Program-made: the position numbers and the translations under genes
The notes under the pieces: generated by a model
Databases searched by the model: none
What the model was told of the DNA's origin: nothing
What the model saw: only the letters and a program-made list of their open reading frames with translations
Source: an uncultured Acidobacteriota bacterium
Lineage (GTDB): Bacteria > Acidobacteriota > Thermoanaerobaculia > Multivoradales > JAHEKO01
Length of the DNA: 64,000 bases
Assembly: GCA_963713825.1 (NCBI GenBank)
Contig: CAVQNG010000003.1
Span: forward strand, 544,001-608,000
Reading direction: 5' to 3'
Shown: piece after piece, positions 1-11,447 of the stretch
How the letters are laid out: every line of letters starts with the position of its first letter
How positions within the stretch are numbered: the stretch's first letter is position 1

Positions 1-303
1 CCCGAGGAGGTCGCCTACTTTGCCGACTCGGCAGCCTTCCAAACCCGCGTGCCCGACCCCCGTTTCGGTCGGCAGGTGATCGCCCGCTACCCGAATGACG
101 ACACCGACATTCCGGTCAGCGGTTACATCGAAGGAGCCGAGTTGCTAGAACGACGCGCTGCCGTGGTCGAGTACAGGGTTGGAGAGGGTCGAATCGTACT
201 GATCGGGTTCCGCCCCCAGCACCGCGCGCAGACCGTAAGGACGTTCAAGCTGCTGTTCAATGCTCTGTATTTACCTGGCCTGGAGGTGGTGCCTGGCGAC
301 TAG
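1..303 (+). CDS. C-terminal fragment of a probable M14-type peptidase with a C-terminal class I GATase-like domain (5' truncated by window)
   Basis: Frame open from base 1 (PEEVAYFADSAAF...); ends in SGYIEGAE...GRIVLIGFRPQHRAQT..TFKLLFNAL, a tail typical of these proteins. Confidence 0.6.
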   Translation, partial: PEEVAYFADSAAFQTRVPDPRFGRQVIARYPNDDTDIPVSGYIEGAELLERRAAVVEYRVGEGRIVLIGFRPQHRAQTVRTFKLLFNALYLPGLEVVPGD

Positions 304-2095
304 CCGCCTCCATCTGGTCGATCAGGTCCTCGACGACCGAGAAGCCGCCGCGCCAGAAATCCGGATCGGTGATATCGACACCGACCTGCGTCAGAATCTC
401 CTGCGGCCGCTGGGATCCTCCGGCGGCCAGTAGCTCCAGATAGCCGGGGATGAAGGCCTCGCCCTGCTCCTTGTAGCGCCGATACAGCGCCAGCACCAGC
501 ATCTGCCCAAAGCTGTAGGCATAGCAGTAGAACGGCGTGTGGTAGATGTGGGGAATGGTGATCCACTCGTGCTGGAAGTCGGAGTCGATCTCCACGCTGT
601 CCCCAAACTGTTCTTCCAACTCGGCCAGATAGAGCGCATTCAGGTCGGCGACGGTCTTGCCGGCCCGCACCGCGTCGTGGGCCGCAATCTCGAAGCGAAC
701 GAAGAACGCCTGCCGGAGCACGGTGGCGTAGATGTCGTCGACTGCCGAGGCCAGCAGGTCGCGCCGCACCATTGGGTCCTGCTCTTCCGCCAGCAAGCGG
801 TCGGTCAGCAGCATCTCGGCGAACACCGAGGCCGTCTCGGCCAGCGGCAGCACGGGATGCTGGGTCAGTACCGAATGGTCGGCGGCCATCATGCTGTGAA
901 TGGCATGGCCGAGCTCATGGGCCAGAGTGGCCACATCCCTTACCCGACCAGTGTAGTTGGCCAGCAGCCAGGGTGTCTGGCTCGGCAGCACGGTGTAGCA
1001 GAAAGCTCCTCCCTTCTTGCCCTTACGGATGGCGCTATCGATATGGCCTTCGGCAAAGACCCTCTCCGCCCTGGCCGCCACCTCCGGATGGAAGGAGGCG
1101 AAGGTGTCGAGCACCAAGCCCACTCCCTCAGAGTACGGGATCTCCTTCTGGGACCCGGCCAACGGCGCGTAGACGTCGTACCGGCGCAGACGTTTCATAC
1201 CCAACAGCTCCGCCTTGAGGCGAAAGTAGCGCTGGTAGATGCTGCTCTTCTCGCGCACCACCTCCAGAAGAGTCTCGACTGCCTCATCGGGAATGTCGTT
1301 GGCCATGTTACGAACCGCGATCGGCGAGGTGAACCCTCGCAGCTGCACATTCTCGCTGTACCAATCACGCAGCCGATGAATGTAGATCTGACCCAACAGG
1401 GTCGCCTCGCTCTCGAAACCCCGGAACAGCTCTCGATACGTTGCTTCGCGTAGATCCGGGTCCGGTGAGTAGACATTGGCGACAAGCTGGTCGCGCGTCA
1501 GTGACTTCTGCTCGCCATCGACCTCCAGCTGGAACTCCAGCCTGTTCGTGAGCATGGAGTACAGCGTCAGCACCGCATCCATGCCGTCCGCATCCTTCAA
1601 GTTGATGAGCTGCTCGGAGTGCTCTTCGAGAGTGAAGGGTCGAAGACGCCGCAGATTCTGTAGGAAGTGGCGACTGTCGGCGTGCTCGGAACCCTCTGGC
1701 AAGAGGGCGTCGGCCGATTCGTCGTCGAGCTGCTTCCACCACAACGAGAAGAACAGCACCCTGTTCTGAACATCCGTCAGGACCTGCTCGATCCGATTCT
1801 TGAAATCCAGGGCGTTCTGGTCCTGTGTATCCGCGGCGAACCAGAGATATCCGTAGGCCGCCAGCACATCCACCTGCGCGACCAGAGCCTCGTACTGGCG
1901 TACGACTTCGAGGAGCGCCGCCTGTCCCATTTCGGCGGACAGGCCGTCACGTCTACCTTCGAAGGACTGCACCATGACTTCCAGCGAAGCCAGACGCTCG
2001 ACGATGATTTCTTCGCTCGCCGCGGGTAGAAGCTCGCTCAAGTCCCAGGCCGTGGGCTCGAGCTGGCCGACGTCGAGGCTATCCGTGACTGTCAT
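257..2095 (-). CDS. pepF: Oligoendopeptidase F (M3B family)
   Basis: 612 aa; N-terminal WDLSEL, GKKGGAFC, TLAHELGHAIH zinc motif, LAETASVF, PHIYHTPFYCYAY. Confidence 0.93.
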   Translation of the reverse strand: MTVTDSLDVGQLEPTAWDLSELLPAASEEIIVERLASLEVMVQSFEGRRDGLSAEMGQAALLEVVRQYEALVAQVDVLAAYGYLWFAADTQDQNALDFKNRIEQVLTDVQNRVLFFSLWWKQLDDESADALLPEGSEHADSRHFLQNLRRLRPFTLEEHSEQLINLKDADGMDAVLTLYSMLTNRLEFQLEVDGEQKSLTRDQLVANVYSPDPDLREATYRELFRGFESEATLLGQIYIHRLRDWYSENVQLRGFTSPIAVRNMANDIPDEAVETLLEVVREKSSIYQRYFRLKAELLGMKRLRRYDVYAPLAGSQKEIPYSEGVGLVLDTFASFHPEVAARAERVFAEGHIDSAIRKGKKGGAFCYTVLPSQTPWLLANYTGRVRDVATLAHELGHAIHSMMAADHSVLTQHPVLPLAETASVFAEMLLTDRLLAEEQDPMVRRDLLASAVDDIYATVLRQAFFVRFEIAAHDAVRAGKTVADLNALYLAELEEQFGDSVEIDSDFQHEWITIPHIYHTPFYCYAYSFGQMLVLALYRRYKEQGEAFIPGYLELLAAGGSQRPQEILTQVGVDITDPDFWRGGFSVVEDLIDQMEAASRQAPPPGQVNTEH

Positions 2096-2192
2096 CCGCT
2101 ACCCTCCGCAGTACACACGAGAACCGCAGGGGACCTTCACAAAGACCGGTCGGGGTTTGTGGCCCTGCAGTCAGTCTTGCTTCGACACTTCT

Positions 2193-2648
2193 CTACTCGG
2201 TCGTGATGCCGTCGCTGTCATCCTCGATGGCAGCCTTCAGGGTGTGCCAGGCCAGGGTGGCGCATTTGACCCTGACGGGGAACTCTCGCACGCCGGCGAA
2301 GACGGCCAGCTTGCCGAGCTCCGGACCGACTTCCGCTACGACACTCGGATCCCCGGTGAGCAACTCATGGAACGACTCGAATAGTGCCTCCACCTCCGAG
2401 AGGGTCTTGCCCAGGACCACCTCGGTCAAGATCGACGCCGAGGCGGTGGAGATGGCGCAACCCTGCCCCTCGAACCGAACTTCCACGACTCGATCCCCGT
2501 CCATCTTGAGGTAGAGCGTCAACTGGTCTCCGCACAGCGGGTTGTCGCCGCGAGCGCAGTGATCTGCGTGTTCGATCTGTCCGAAATTTCGGGGGTGCTT
2601 GTTGTGATCGAGAATGACCTCCTGGTAGAGGTCCATGAGCTCCGACAT
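2193..2648 (-). CDS. sufU: SUF system NifU-like sulfur-transfer protein SufU
   Basis: LYQEVILDH, NPLCGD, GCAISTASAS, RVKCATLAW; overlaps the sufS stop. Confidence 0.93.
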   Translation of the reverse strand: MSELMDLYQEVILDHNKHPRNFGQIEHADHCARGDNPLCGDQLTLYLKMDGDRVVEVRFEGQGCAISTASASILTEVVLGKTLSEVEALFESFHELLTGDPSVVAEVGPELGKLAVFAGVREFPVRVKCATLAWHTLKAAIEDDSDGITTE

Positions 2649-3919
2649 CAGCTGAAGATCTCCTGCACCCTGGCCACTCCGCTCACCAGTTGATCGATTT
2701 CCTGACGCGTGTTGTAGAGGGCCAGCGAGGCGCGAACCGTGGCGGGAAGGCCGAAATGGTCCATGACCGGCTGCGCACAGTGGTGTCCGGCTCGCACGGC
2801 GATGCCCTCACGGTCGAGGATAGTGCCGACATCATGGGGATGAACGCCGTCGATGACGAACGAAACAACGCTCGCGCGGTGGGTCGCGGTCCCCACGAGC
2901 CGCACCCCCGGTACAGCGGAGAGCGCTTCGGTTGCGTAGTCCAGTAGGCCGCTCTCGTACCGACCGATCGCCTCGAGACCGATTCCCTGCAGGTAGTCCA
3001 CTGCGGCACCCATGGCGATCGCACCGACGATATTCGGCGTACCGGCCTCGAACCGGGCCGGTGGATCCGCGTACTCGGTCTTGGCAAACGTCACCGACCG
3101 GATCATTTCTCCGCCGCCCTGATATGGAGGCATGGAAGACAGGAGATCCCAGCGGCCGTAGAGGGCACCGATGCCGGTCGGCCCGAACATCTTGTGCCCA
3201 GAGAAGACGAAGAAGTCGCAGTCCAGAGCCTGGACGTCCACCTTCACATGCGGTGCCGCTTGCGCGCCATCCACCAGCACAGGCACACCCCGGGCGTGAG
3301 CCATCTCGATCATGCGCGCTACGGGGTTGATGGTTCCAAGAGCGTTGGAGATGTAGACCATCGCCACCAGCCGAGTGCGCTCGCTGAGCAGCTTCTCGTA
3401 CTCCTCGAGGATAACTTCGCCCCGATCGTCGATGGGCGCTACCTTGAGCGTCGCACCGACCGCGTCGCAGAGCATTTGCCAGGGAACGATGTTCGAATGG
3501 TGCTCCATCTCGGTGATGAGCACCTCGTCGCCCGCCTTCACCCGACTGCGGCCGAAGGTGGACGCCACCAGATTGATTCCCTCGGTCGCACCCCGTACGA
3601 AGACGATCTCTTCCGATCGGGCCGCGCCGAGAAAGCCCTGCACCTTGCGCCGCGCCTCCTCATAGGCATTCGTGGCCTGCTGTGAGAGGAAGTGCACGCC
3701 CCGATGGACGTTGGAGTAGTACTCCCGGTAGCAGCGGTCCGCCGCATCCAGCACCGCTTCTGGTTTCTGGGTGCTCGCCGCGTTGTCCAGGTAGACGAGC
3801 GGCTTGCCGTGAACCCGCAAGGAGAGGGCGGGGAAATCCTGCCGAACCTGCGCGATCTCGAACGGCTTCTCGGCCGCCGGAGCAGCTTCGGCTTGCTTGA
3901 CTTCGTCGAGCTCAGGCAT
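2648..3919 (-). CDS. sufS: Cysteine desulfurase SufS
   Basis: YLDNAASTQKP, FSGHKMFGPTG (PLP Lys), VRAGHHCAQP; start placed at ATG 3919 (MPELDEV), just after the sufD stop. Confidence 0.95.
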   Translation of the reverse strand: MPELDEVKQAEAAPAAEKPFEIAQVRQDFPALSLRVHGKPLVYLDNAASTQKPEAVLDAADRCYREYYSNVHRGVHFLSQQATNAYEEARRKVQGFLGAARSEEIVFVRGATEGINLVASTFGRSRVKAGDEVLITEMEHHSNIVPWQMLCDAVGATLKVAPIDDRGEVILEEYEKLLSERTRLVAMVYISNALGTINPVARMIEMAHARGVPVLVDGAQAAPHVKVDVQALDCDFFVFSGHKMFGPTGIGALYGRWDLLSSMPPYQGGGEMIRSVTFAKTEYADPPARFEAGTPNIVGAIAMGAAVDYLQGIGLEAIGRYESGLLDYATEALSAVPGVRLVGTATHRASVVSFVIDGVHPHDVGTILDREGIAVRAGHHCAQPVMDHFGLPATVRASLALYNTRQEIDQLVSGVARVQEIFS

Positions 3920-3933
3920 CAGCGCACCGCAGC

Positions 3934-5274
3934 TTATACCGCCTGCCGGACGATGTCGCCCTTGGGCAGGCGCCGGAAGAGGAACTCCTCCAGATCCTGA
4001 CGAACCGCTCCGACCTTGATGCGTTCCACGATATCGGCCGCGAAAGCGTAGGTCAGCAGGCTCCGCGCTGCCTCTTCGCCGATGCCGCGTGAACGCAGAT
4101 AGAAGATCGCCGTCTCGTCGAGCTGACCGACCGTCGAGCCGTGAGTGCATTTCACGTCGTCAGCGAAGATCTCCAGCTGAGGATTCGAATTGCACAGCGC
4201 ATCGGGTGACATCAGCAGGTTTCGATTCGTTTGCTTGGCGTCGGTCTTCTGGGCTCCGTGGTGCACATAGATCCGGCCGTTGAAGACCGCCCTGGCCTTG
4301 CCCTCGAGAATCCCTTTGTAGAGCTCGTGGCTATCACAGTGTGCCGCGACGTGATCGACGCGCATGTGGTTGTCCACCAACTGGGTCCCTTCCACCATGT
4401 AGAGACCGTTCAGTGTCGCCTCCCCACCTTCTCCGTCTAATACAGCGTTCACATCGTTACGCACCAATCCACCTCCCCAGGAGATGGAATGCGAGGAAAC
4501 GTTGCTATCGCGGCCCAGTTGGAGCTGGAAGGTGGCCATGTGAAACGCCTCCGTAGACTCCCGCTGCAGCTTGTAGTGATCGACAACCGCGTTGTCCCCG
4601 GCAACGATCTCGGTCACGGGAGCGGTGAGATAGGCCCCTTCGCCCACGGTCACATACTGCTCGACCACGGTGACCTGACTGCTCTCGCCGCCGACGATCA
4701 GGTTGCGCGGAAAGAACGCGATCGGCTCGGCCGACGGGCTGCCGACCAGGACCAGGTTGATCGGCTGCTCTACCACCTGGTTTCGCGGCACCCAGATGAA
4801 GATGCCGTCACGATAGAAGGCGGTATTGAGAGCCACGAAGGGATGGTCTTCGAAGCTGGCCAACCTGCCCAGGTGGGGCTCGACCTTCTCCGGGTGCTTG
4901 GCCAGTGCTTCGTCCATGCTACAGACGACAATGCCGTCGGGAAGGTCCTCGAGATCCGACAATTCGGGAACGAAACGCCCATTGACCAGGGTCAACTGAA
5001 CGGTTCCCTCGTAGGAGAAGCGTTCGATGCTGCCTGCCGTCACGGCATCGACGGTAACGTCGAGGCTGAAGGGCGTGCGGGCGATTGGGCCCACATTCGT
5101 GAAGCGCCACTCCTCCTGCCGGAGGGTGGGAAAGCCGAGCTCCGAGAAGCGACCGATCGCCTGGCGCCGCTGTTGTCGCAAGCTCTCGGGCTGCGAGGCT
5201 GGCAGCGCCTGCTCGAAGGCGTCGAACGCTTCTACGAAACGATCCGTATCGCTGGCTGTCATTGTGGTCGTCAT
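3934..5274 (-). CDS. sufD: Fe-S cluster assembly protein SufD
   Basis: EEWRFT, AQKTDAKQ, PQLEIFADDVKCTHG, FYLRSRGI. Confidence 0.95.
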   Translation of the reverse strand: MTTTMTASDTDRFVEAFDAFEQALPASQPESLRQQRRQAIGRFSELGFPTLRQEEWRFTNVGPIARTPFSLDVTVDAVTAGSIERFSYEGTVQLTLVNGRFVPELSDLEDLPDGIVVCSMDEALAKHPEKVEPHLGRLASFEDHPFVALNTAFYRDGIFIWVPRNQVVEQPINLVLVGSPSAEPIAFFPRNLIVGGESSQVTVVEQYVTVGEGAYLTAPVTEIVAGDNAVVDHYKLQRESTEAFHMATFQLQLGRDSNVSSHSISWGGGLVRNDVNAVLDGEGGEATLNGLYMVEGTQLVDNHMRVDHVAAHCDSHELYKGILEGKARAVFNGRIYVHHGAQKTDAKQTNRNLLMSPDALCNSNPQLEIFADDVKCTHGSTVGQLDETAIFYLRSRGIGEEAARSLLTYAFAADIVERIKVGAVRQDLEEFLFRRLPKGDIVRQAV

Positions 5275-5298
5275 GGTTGCTCGATCTCTCTTTCAGGC

Positions 5299-6081
<783 letters not shown>

Positions 6082-6117
6082 ATCCCTTCCAATGTTCTTC
6101 TTCGCTCGGTCTTCGTC

Positions 6118-7572
6118 TTAGCCGACGCTGCCTTCCAAGCTGATTTCGAGCAGCTTTCTGGCCTCGACGGCAAATTCCATGGGTAGCTCGTTGAAGACTT
6201 CCTTGCAGAAGCCGTTGACGATCATCGACACGGCATCCTCGGTCTCGATGCCACGTTGGTTGCAGTAGAAAATCTGGTCCTCGCCGATCTTCGAGGTCGA
6301 GGCTTCATGCTCCATCTGAGCGCTTGGGCTCTGCACGTCGATGTAGGGAAAAGTGTGGGCGCCACATTCTTCCCCGATCAACATGGAGTCGCACTGTGAG
6401 AAGTTGCGGGAGTTATCGGCCCCGCTCAGGATCTTCACCGCGCCCCTGTAGGTGTTCTGGCCATGTCCTGCAGAGATTCCCTTCGAGACGATCGTCGAGG
6501 TGGTGTTCTTGCCGACATGGATCATCTTGGTGCCCGTATCCGCCTGTTGCCGCCCCTTGCTGAGCGCCACCGAGTAGAACTCGCCCACCGAGTCGTCCCC
6601 CTTGAGGATGCAGCTCGGGTACTTCCAGGTGATTGACGAGCCGGTCTCCACCTGGGTCCAGGAGATCTTCGATCGTCTCCCGGCAGCCAGACCCCGCTTG
6701 GTAACAAAGTTGAAGATGCCGCCGACGCCGGTATCGGGATCACCCGGATACCAGTTTTGTACCGTGGAGTACTTGATCTGCGCCTCTGCATCGGCATAGA
6801 GCTCGACCACTGCAGCGTGCAGCTGATTCTCGTCTCGCATCGGCGCTGTGCAGCCTTCCAGATAGCTGACGTAGGAGGCCTCTTCCGCGATGATGAGGGT
6901 CCGCTCGAACTGACCCGTGTTCTGGGCATTGATGCGGAAGTAGGTCGACAGCTCCATCGGGCAGCGCACTCCTTTGGGAACATACACAAAGGAACCGTCG
7001 GAAAACACGGCCGAATTGAGAGCCGCGAAGAAGTTGTCGCTGTAGGGCACGATCGTGCCCAGATACTTCTTCACCAGGTCGGGATGCTCACGGATAGCCT
7101 CTGAGATGGGACAGAAGATAACGCCGGCGTCAGCCAGCTTCTCCCGGAAGGTGGTTGCCACCGAAACGCTGTCGAAGACCGCATCCACCGCGATTCCCGC
7201 CAGCATCTTCTGCTCCTGCAGGGGAATACCCAACTTTTCATAGGTGCGCAGAATCTCGGGATCCACATCGTCCAGACTTTGCGGGCCTTCCTTCTTGGAC
7301 TTCGGCGCGGAGTAGTAGGAGATCGCCTGATAGTCGACGGGCTCGTACTTGATGTTCGCCCACGTCGGCTCCTCCAGGGTCTGCCAGTGTCGGAAGGCCT
7401 TCAACCGCCACTCCAGCATCCAATCGGGTTCGCCTTTGAGCCCCGAGAGTCGACGGATGACATCCTCATCCAACCCCGGCGCAAAGGTCTCCGCTTCGAC
7501 CTCGGTGACGAATCCGGCCTCGTACTTCTGATCGACGTGTTGTTCGAGTAGCTCTGTATCGCTCGGTGCCAT
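6118..7572 (-). CDS. sufB: Fe-S cluster assembly protein SufB
   Basis: [47 protein letters not shown]-terminus; start at ATG 7572. Confidence 0.97.
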   Translation of the reverse strand: MAPSDTELLEQHVDQKYEAGFVTEVEAETFAPGLDEDVIRRLSGLKGEPDWMLEWRLKAFRHWQTLEEPTWANIKYEPVDYQAISYYSAPKSKKEGPQSLDDVDPEILRTYEKLGIPLQEQKMLAGIAVDAVFDSVSVATTFREKLADAGVIFCPISEAIREHPDLVKKYLGTIVPYSDNFFAALNSAVFSDGSFVYVPKGVRCPMELSTYFRINAQNTGQFERTLIIAEEASYVSYLEGCTAPMRDENQLHAAVVELYADAEAQIKYSTVQNWYPGDPDTGVGGIFNFVTKRGLAAGRRSKISWTQVETGSSITWKYPSCILKGDDSVGEFYSVALSKGRQQADTGTKMIHVGKNTTSTIVSKGISAGHGQNTYRGAVKILSGADNSRNFSQCDSMLIGEECGAHTFPYIDVQSPSAQMEHEASTSKIGEDQIFYCNQRGIETEDAVSMIVNGFCKEVFNELPMEFAVEARKLLEISLEGSVG

Positions 7573-7613
7573 CTTGATTAGTTCCTCTGACCTGTATGGG
7601 GAAAGACCGCCCT

Positions 7614-8078
7614 TCAACCTGCCGTCACATCCGGTGCCGCCTCGCGGCCTCCGAGAGTGACCAGGACCGCCGAAGCGGGCCGTGCCATTTCCTCCAGGGT
7701 TATCTCACTCAATGCGTCTCGCAAAACGTGGTTGATGTGCTGCCAATTGCCGCGCACTCGGCAGAAAGCCTCCTGGGAGCACTCTCCAGGCGTCTCCTCG
7801 ATGCACTCCGTGACCGAGATGGGACCTTCGAGTGCCTCGATGATCTCGGCGACGGAGATTTCGGCCGCGGACCGCGCCAGGCAATAGCCGCCCTTCACAC
7901 CCCGGTGCGATTCCAGCAGTCGGCCGCGGGTCAGCAGCTTGAGGATCTTGCTGACGATCGGCTGCGGCAGTCCGGTCCGGGTCGCCAGCTCCGTAGCGCT
8001 CAGAAACCGATCTTCCGTGGAAACGACGTGTGTCATCAAAACGATGGCGTAGTCCGACTGTTTGGTGATTCGCAGCAT
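7614..8078 (-). CDS. Rrf2-family SUF system transcriptional regulator
   Basis: [20 protein letters not shown], three Cys (TEC..GEC..AFC); first gene of the suf operon. Confidence 0.9.
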   Translation of the reverse strand: MLRITKQSDYAIVLMTHVVSTEDRFLSATELATRTGLPQPIVSKILKLLTRGRLLESHRGVKGGYCLARSAAEISVAEIIEALEGPISVTECIEETPGECSQEAFCRVRGNWQHINHVLRDALSEITLEEMARPASAVLVTLGGREAAPDVTAG

Positions 8079-8110
8079 GGTGGTGATGTAACTCGGTACT
8101 GGACTCGTTG

Positions 8111-8135
8111 ATACAGGACCTTCATGGTCCGATTT
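8111..8135. promoter_or_regulatory. Palindromic operator upstream of the suf operon (candidate Rrf2 site)
   Basis: ATACAGGACC-TTCAT-GGTCCGATTT inverted repeat just downstream of the predicted -10. Confidence 0.65.
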
Positions 8136-8143
8136 AGAGACTG

Positions 8144-8171
8144 ATGATACCAGCGGCTTTCCGGATGTCAA
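8144..8171 (-). promoter_or_regulatory. Sigma70-type promoter of the suf operon
   Basis: TTGACA-16 nt-TATCAT with extended TGn. Confidence 0.65.
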
Positions 8172-8198
8172 GACTCGGGCGGATTGCCGGCGCTCGAC

Positions 8199-10643
8199 TC
8201 AGTGCGAGTCCAGCACTTCGCGCAGTCGCTGAGCGAGGAGGTCGGTGGAAAAGGGCTTCTGCAGGAAGTTCTTGGCGTCGGAGACCAGTCCGCTATTGAA
8301 GAAGGCTTCGGCGCCCTCACTGTAGCCGGACATGAAGAGAATCCTGACTTCGGGCAACTTGGCTTCGAGACGATGGGCGAGCTCGAAGCCACCCATTCCG
8401 GGCATGACCAGATCGGTCAATAGAAGGTCGATTCGGCCCGCTTCGCTCTCGACCACCTTCAGAGCCTCTTCGCCGTCGGCCGCTTCCAGGACCCGATAAC
8501 CCTTGCCGTCCATGAACCGCCGCAGCAAACCCCGGACGGCAGCTTCGTCCTCGACCAGCAAGACAGTCTCGGAGCCGCTCGGGCTGGTCGGCTCGACTAC
8601 CTTTTCCTGTAGCGGCTCGACAGTCTCGGAAACCGCAGGTAGATAGACCTCGAAGCAAGCTCCCCGGCCCGGCTCGCTGTCGACACGGATGTGGCCGTTG
8701 GATTGCTGCACAATGCCATACACCGTGGCGAGGCCCAGACCGGTCCCCTCTGCGGGGTCCTTGGTGCTGAAGAAGGGTTCGAAGATCTGACCCCGAATAC
8801 CCGGATCGATTCCCGTTCCCGAATCTTCGAAGCGCAGGAAGACATAGGGCACCGGATCCAGGCCGTACAAGGCCAGGGCCGACCCGGGGCTCACCGTGAC
8901 ATTCGCGGTATCGATCACCAACCGACCACCACGCGGCATGGCGTCCCGGGCATTCAAGGCCAGGTTCAGGATCACCTGCTCCATCTGTCCCGGGTCTGCC
9001 TTGACGTTGGCGAGATTCTGATCGAAGTGCGCGACCAACTCGACCTGCTCGCTGATCGAACGGCGCAGCAGGCTTTCCATGTTCTGTACCAGGTCGTTCA
9101 GATTGATGGCCTGGGGCGAGGTGGATCGACGTCGGCTGAGCACCAGCAGTTGACGGGTCAACGCCGCCGCCCGATCTCCGGCCGCCTTGATCTCGTCGAC
9201 CTCGGCGACAAGGGGACTGCCGGGGTCGAGTTGGGAGCGCAGCAGGTCGCTGCGGCCATTGATCACCGTCAGCAGATTGTTGAAGTCGTGGGCAACACCG
9301 CCAGCCATTCGGCCCACCGCCTCCATGCGCTGAGAGCGCAATAGCTGTTCCTCGAGGGCGCGCTGCTCGCTGACGTCACGCAGCATTCCTCGCAGGGCAT
9401 AAAGGTCACCCGACTCACTCCGCACTGCTGCGGTCGTCTCCAGGACCGTCACCTGGCTACCGTCCTTGCGTCGCAGGCGCAGCTCGAAGTCCCGCAAGAA
9501 CCCCTCCTGCCCGAGTCTGTCGAGCCCGCTCTGCCGCACCTCGGGATCGACGTAGAGCTCCTCGATATCCACCTGCAGCAGCTCTTCCTTGCTGTCGTAT
9601 CCGAGAAGACGAAGACCTGCCGGATTGATATCCAGCAGATGCCCTTCAGGTGTGCTGATGAAGAGCGTGTCGAGGGAGCCCTCGAAGATCTCGCGATACC
9701 GCTCCTCCGAAGACCGCAGTGCCTGCTCTGCCCGCCTATGGTCGGTGACGTCGCGGTGCGTACCCCAGAGGCGCACCAGAAACCGATCCTCGAGAATCCC
9801 AGTCAAGTTGATCTGGTGGAAACGTGAGCGACCCCGCCGATCGACCTCCTCGATCTCGGCCTCCTCGAGGTCGTAGTCGGACTTCGCGAACCGATGCAGC
9901 TGCTCCAGAACCTGTGGGTCGTCTTTGGGTAGCAGGCGTTCCAGCGTGGCACCCACGAGCTGTGATGGTGACTCCAGTCCGACCATGAAGGAGAGCGCAC
10001 TGTTGCATTCCGCGAAGTGTCCGTGCTCGTAGAGAAATTCGACCTGCTCGGCCAGGGGCAACGAGACCGGCATCGGCTCGTCGAGCTCCAGGCGCCAGAT
10101 TCCCTCGGCGCTGTGAGCCAGGAAGTCGCGATAGCGCTCCTCGCTGGCCCTCAACGCGGCTTCCGAGGCTCGGACCTCGGTCACGTCCAAAGCCACCCCT
10201 ACCGTTCCTATGACCGATCCGTCATCGTCCCGCAGAGGCTCCACCAGAGAGTGGAAGCTCTGTCCGCCCCACTCCAACTCGAAGGCGAGAGACTCGCCTG
10301 CGATCGCTTGGCGGTGGGCCACAATGGCCGGAAACTCCTCGTCATCCGTGCCGAAGTACTCGAAGATCGTTTGGCCGACCGCCTGATCCGGCTGCAACCC
10401 GAGGCCCACCAGGGCGGCGCCCCGGCTCGAGGTGAACTCCAATTGGGCATCGGTGGTCCAGACAACGGCTGGGAGCTGCTCGAGCATGACCCGCAGCCGC
10501 GCCGCGTCGTGCTGAAGCGTCTGTTCGACCTCCAGCAGTCTGTCCCTCTCGCGGCGCAATCGACGGAACTGCGCGACTGCCCAACCGACGGCGCCCAGGG
10601 CGAGAGCCAGGGAAAGAGCCGCCAAAGCGAAGGAGCCTGTCAA
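8199..10643 (-). CDS. Multi-PAS hybrid sensor histidine kinase/response regulator
   Basis: N-terminal TM, three PAS/PAC, AHDFNNLL H-box, NARDAM, GTGLGL, receiver with LLTDLVMPGM. Confidence 0.93.
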   Translation of the reverse strand: MTGSFALAALSLALALGAVGWAVAQFRRLRRERDRLLEVEQTLQHDAARLRVMLEQLPAVVWTTDAQLEFTSSRGAALVGLGLQPDQAVGQTIFEYFGTDDEEFPAIVAHRQAIAGESLAFELEWGGQSFHSLVEPLRDDDGSVIGTVGVALDVTEVRASEAALRASEERYRDFLAHSAEGIWRLELDEPMPVSLPLAEQVEFLYEHGHFAECNSALSFMVGLESPSQLVGATLERLLPKDDPQVLEQLHRFAKSDYDLEEAEIEEVDRRGRSRFHQINLTGILEDRFLVRLWGTHRDVTDHRRAEQALRSSEERYREIFEGSLDTLFISTPEGHLLDINPAGLRLLGYDSKEELLQVDIEELYVDPEVRQSGLDRLGQEGFLRDFELRLRRKDGSQVTVLETTAAVRSESGDLYALRGMLRDVSEQRALEEQLLRSQRMEAVGRMAGGVAHDFNNLLTVINGRSDLLRSQLDPGSPLVAEVDEIKAAGDRAAALTRQLLVLSRRRSTSPQAINLNDLVQNMESLLRRSISEQVELVAHFDQNLANVKADPGQMEQVILNLALNARDAMPRGGRLVIDTANVTVSPGSALALYGLDPVPYVFLRFEDSGTGIDPGIRGQIFEPFFSTKDPAEGTGLGLATVYGIVQQSNGHIRVDSEPGRGACFEVYLPAVSETVEPLQEKVVEPTSPSGSETVLLVEDEAAVRGLLRRFMDGKGYRVLEAADGEEALKVVESEAGRIDLLLTDLVMPGMGGFELAHRLEAKLPEVRILFMSGYSEGAEAFFNSGLVSDAKNFLQKPFSTDLLAQRLREVLDSH

Positions 10644-10717
10644 CGATGCCTCCAGAATCTCGAGCGTTTCCCGATCACGGCGATTGAAACTATCAGCTGG
10701 GTCTCCGGTGCGCTATC

Positions 10718-11431
10718 TCAGCTCTCAATGCCCAAGGCTGCCAACTGAGCTCTCGCCTGACCCTGCCAATCGCGATTGGCCGCCGGGCTCGCCGGACTTG
10801 GATGGAGGATTCCCGCCACCCGCACGTCGAGGCCCTCGAGAGCGCGTCTAGCGCTCGCCTCCGCGAACCGGCCGACGCCGATGACCCATGTCGGGTCGAG
10901 CTCCTGAACGGAGAGCCGCAGCGCTTCGTCACAGGCTTTCAATAGGGGGGCTCGCTCTCTCGCGGGTAATCGATCCGGCGTCCGATTGCGGCCACTGGAC
11001 TCGAGGAACATCAGCGGACAGTAATTGGCGATGAAGAAGCGTTCGAAGAAGCGCTCCGGCGTCTCGAAGCGCTCTTTCGCCCATCCCCAGACTCGCCGAC
11101 CACTCACCTCACTCCTCGAACAGGCCAGACCTTCTACCGGTCGTTTCGGGTGCTCGGAGTCGGGGCGACCCACGGAACTTTCGATCGCCAGCCAGTCCTT
11201 GACGAAAGAGATCTCCCCGAAGGGGACTCCCGTCTGTGCCATGCCCCACGGGCCCGGGTTCATCCCCACCAGGACGACTTCCTTCGGACCCTGCCCGAAG
11301 CGCCGCAGGTACTCCCGATGCGCCGGCCAGGCGTAGTCGAGCGGGTCGTAGACGTGAGTCACCGGTGCAGCGAACCGGAGTGGGCGCAAAGCCGCCGAGA
11401 GGTTCTTCGCAACAGCAGGTAGACCAGACAC
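10718..11431 (-). CDS. SMUG1-like (family 3) uracil-DNA glycosylase
   Basis: GMNPGPWGMAQTGVPFG, SEVSGRR, NYCPL, HPSPASP. Confidence 0.9.
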   Translation of the reverse strand: MSGLPAVAKNLSAALRPLRFAAPVTHVYDPLDYAWPAHREYLRRFGQGPKEVVLVGMNPGPWGMAQTGVPFGEISFVKDWLAIESSVGRPDSEHPKRPVEGLACSRSEVSGRRVWGWAKERFETPERFFERFFIANYCPLMFLESSGRNRTPDRLPARERAPLLKACDEALRLSVQELDPTWVIGVGRFAEASARRALEGLDVRVAGILHPSPASPAANRDWQGQARAQLAALGIES

Positions 11432-11447
11432 GCGGCGCCCTCTCCGA

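Noticed and set aside
257-303. 47-bp convergent overlap of pepF with the upstream gene
   Set aside because: Short tail-to-tail overlaps are common, and there is no evidence of function.
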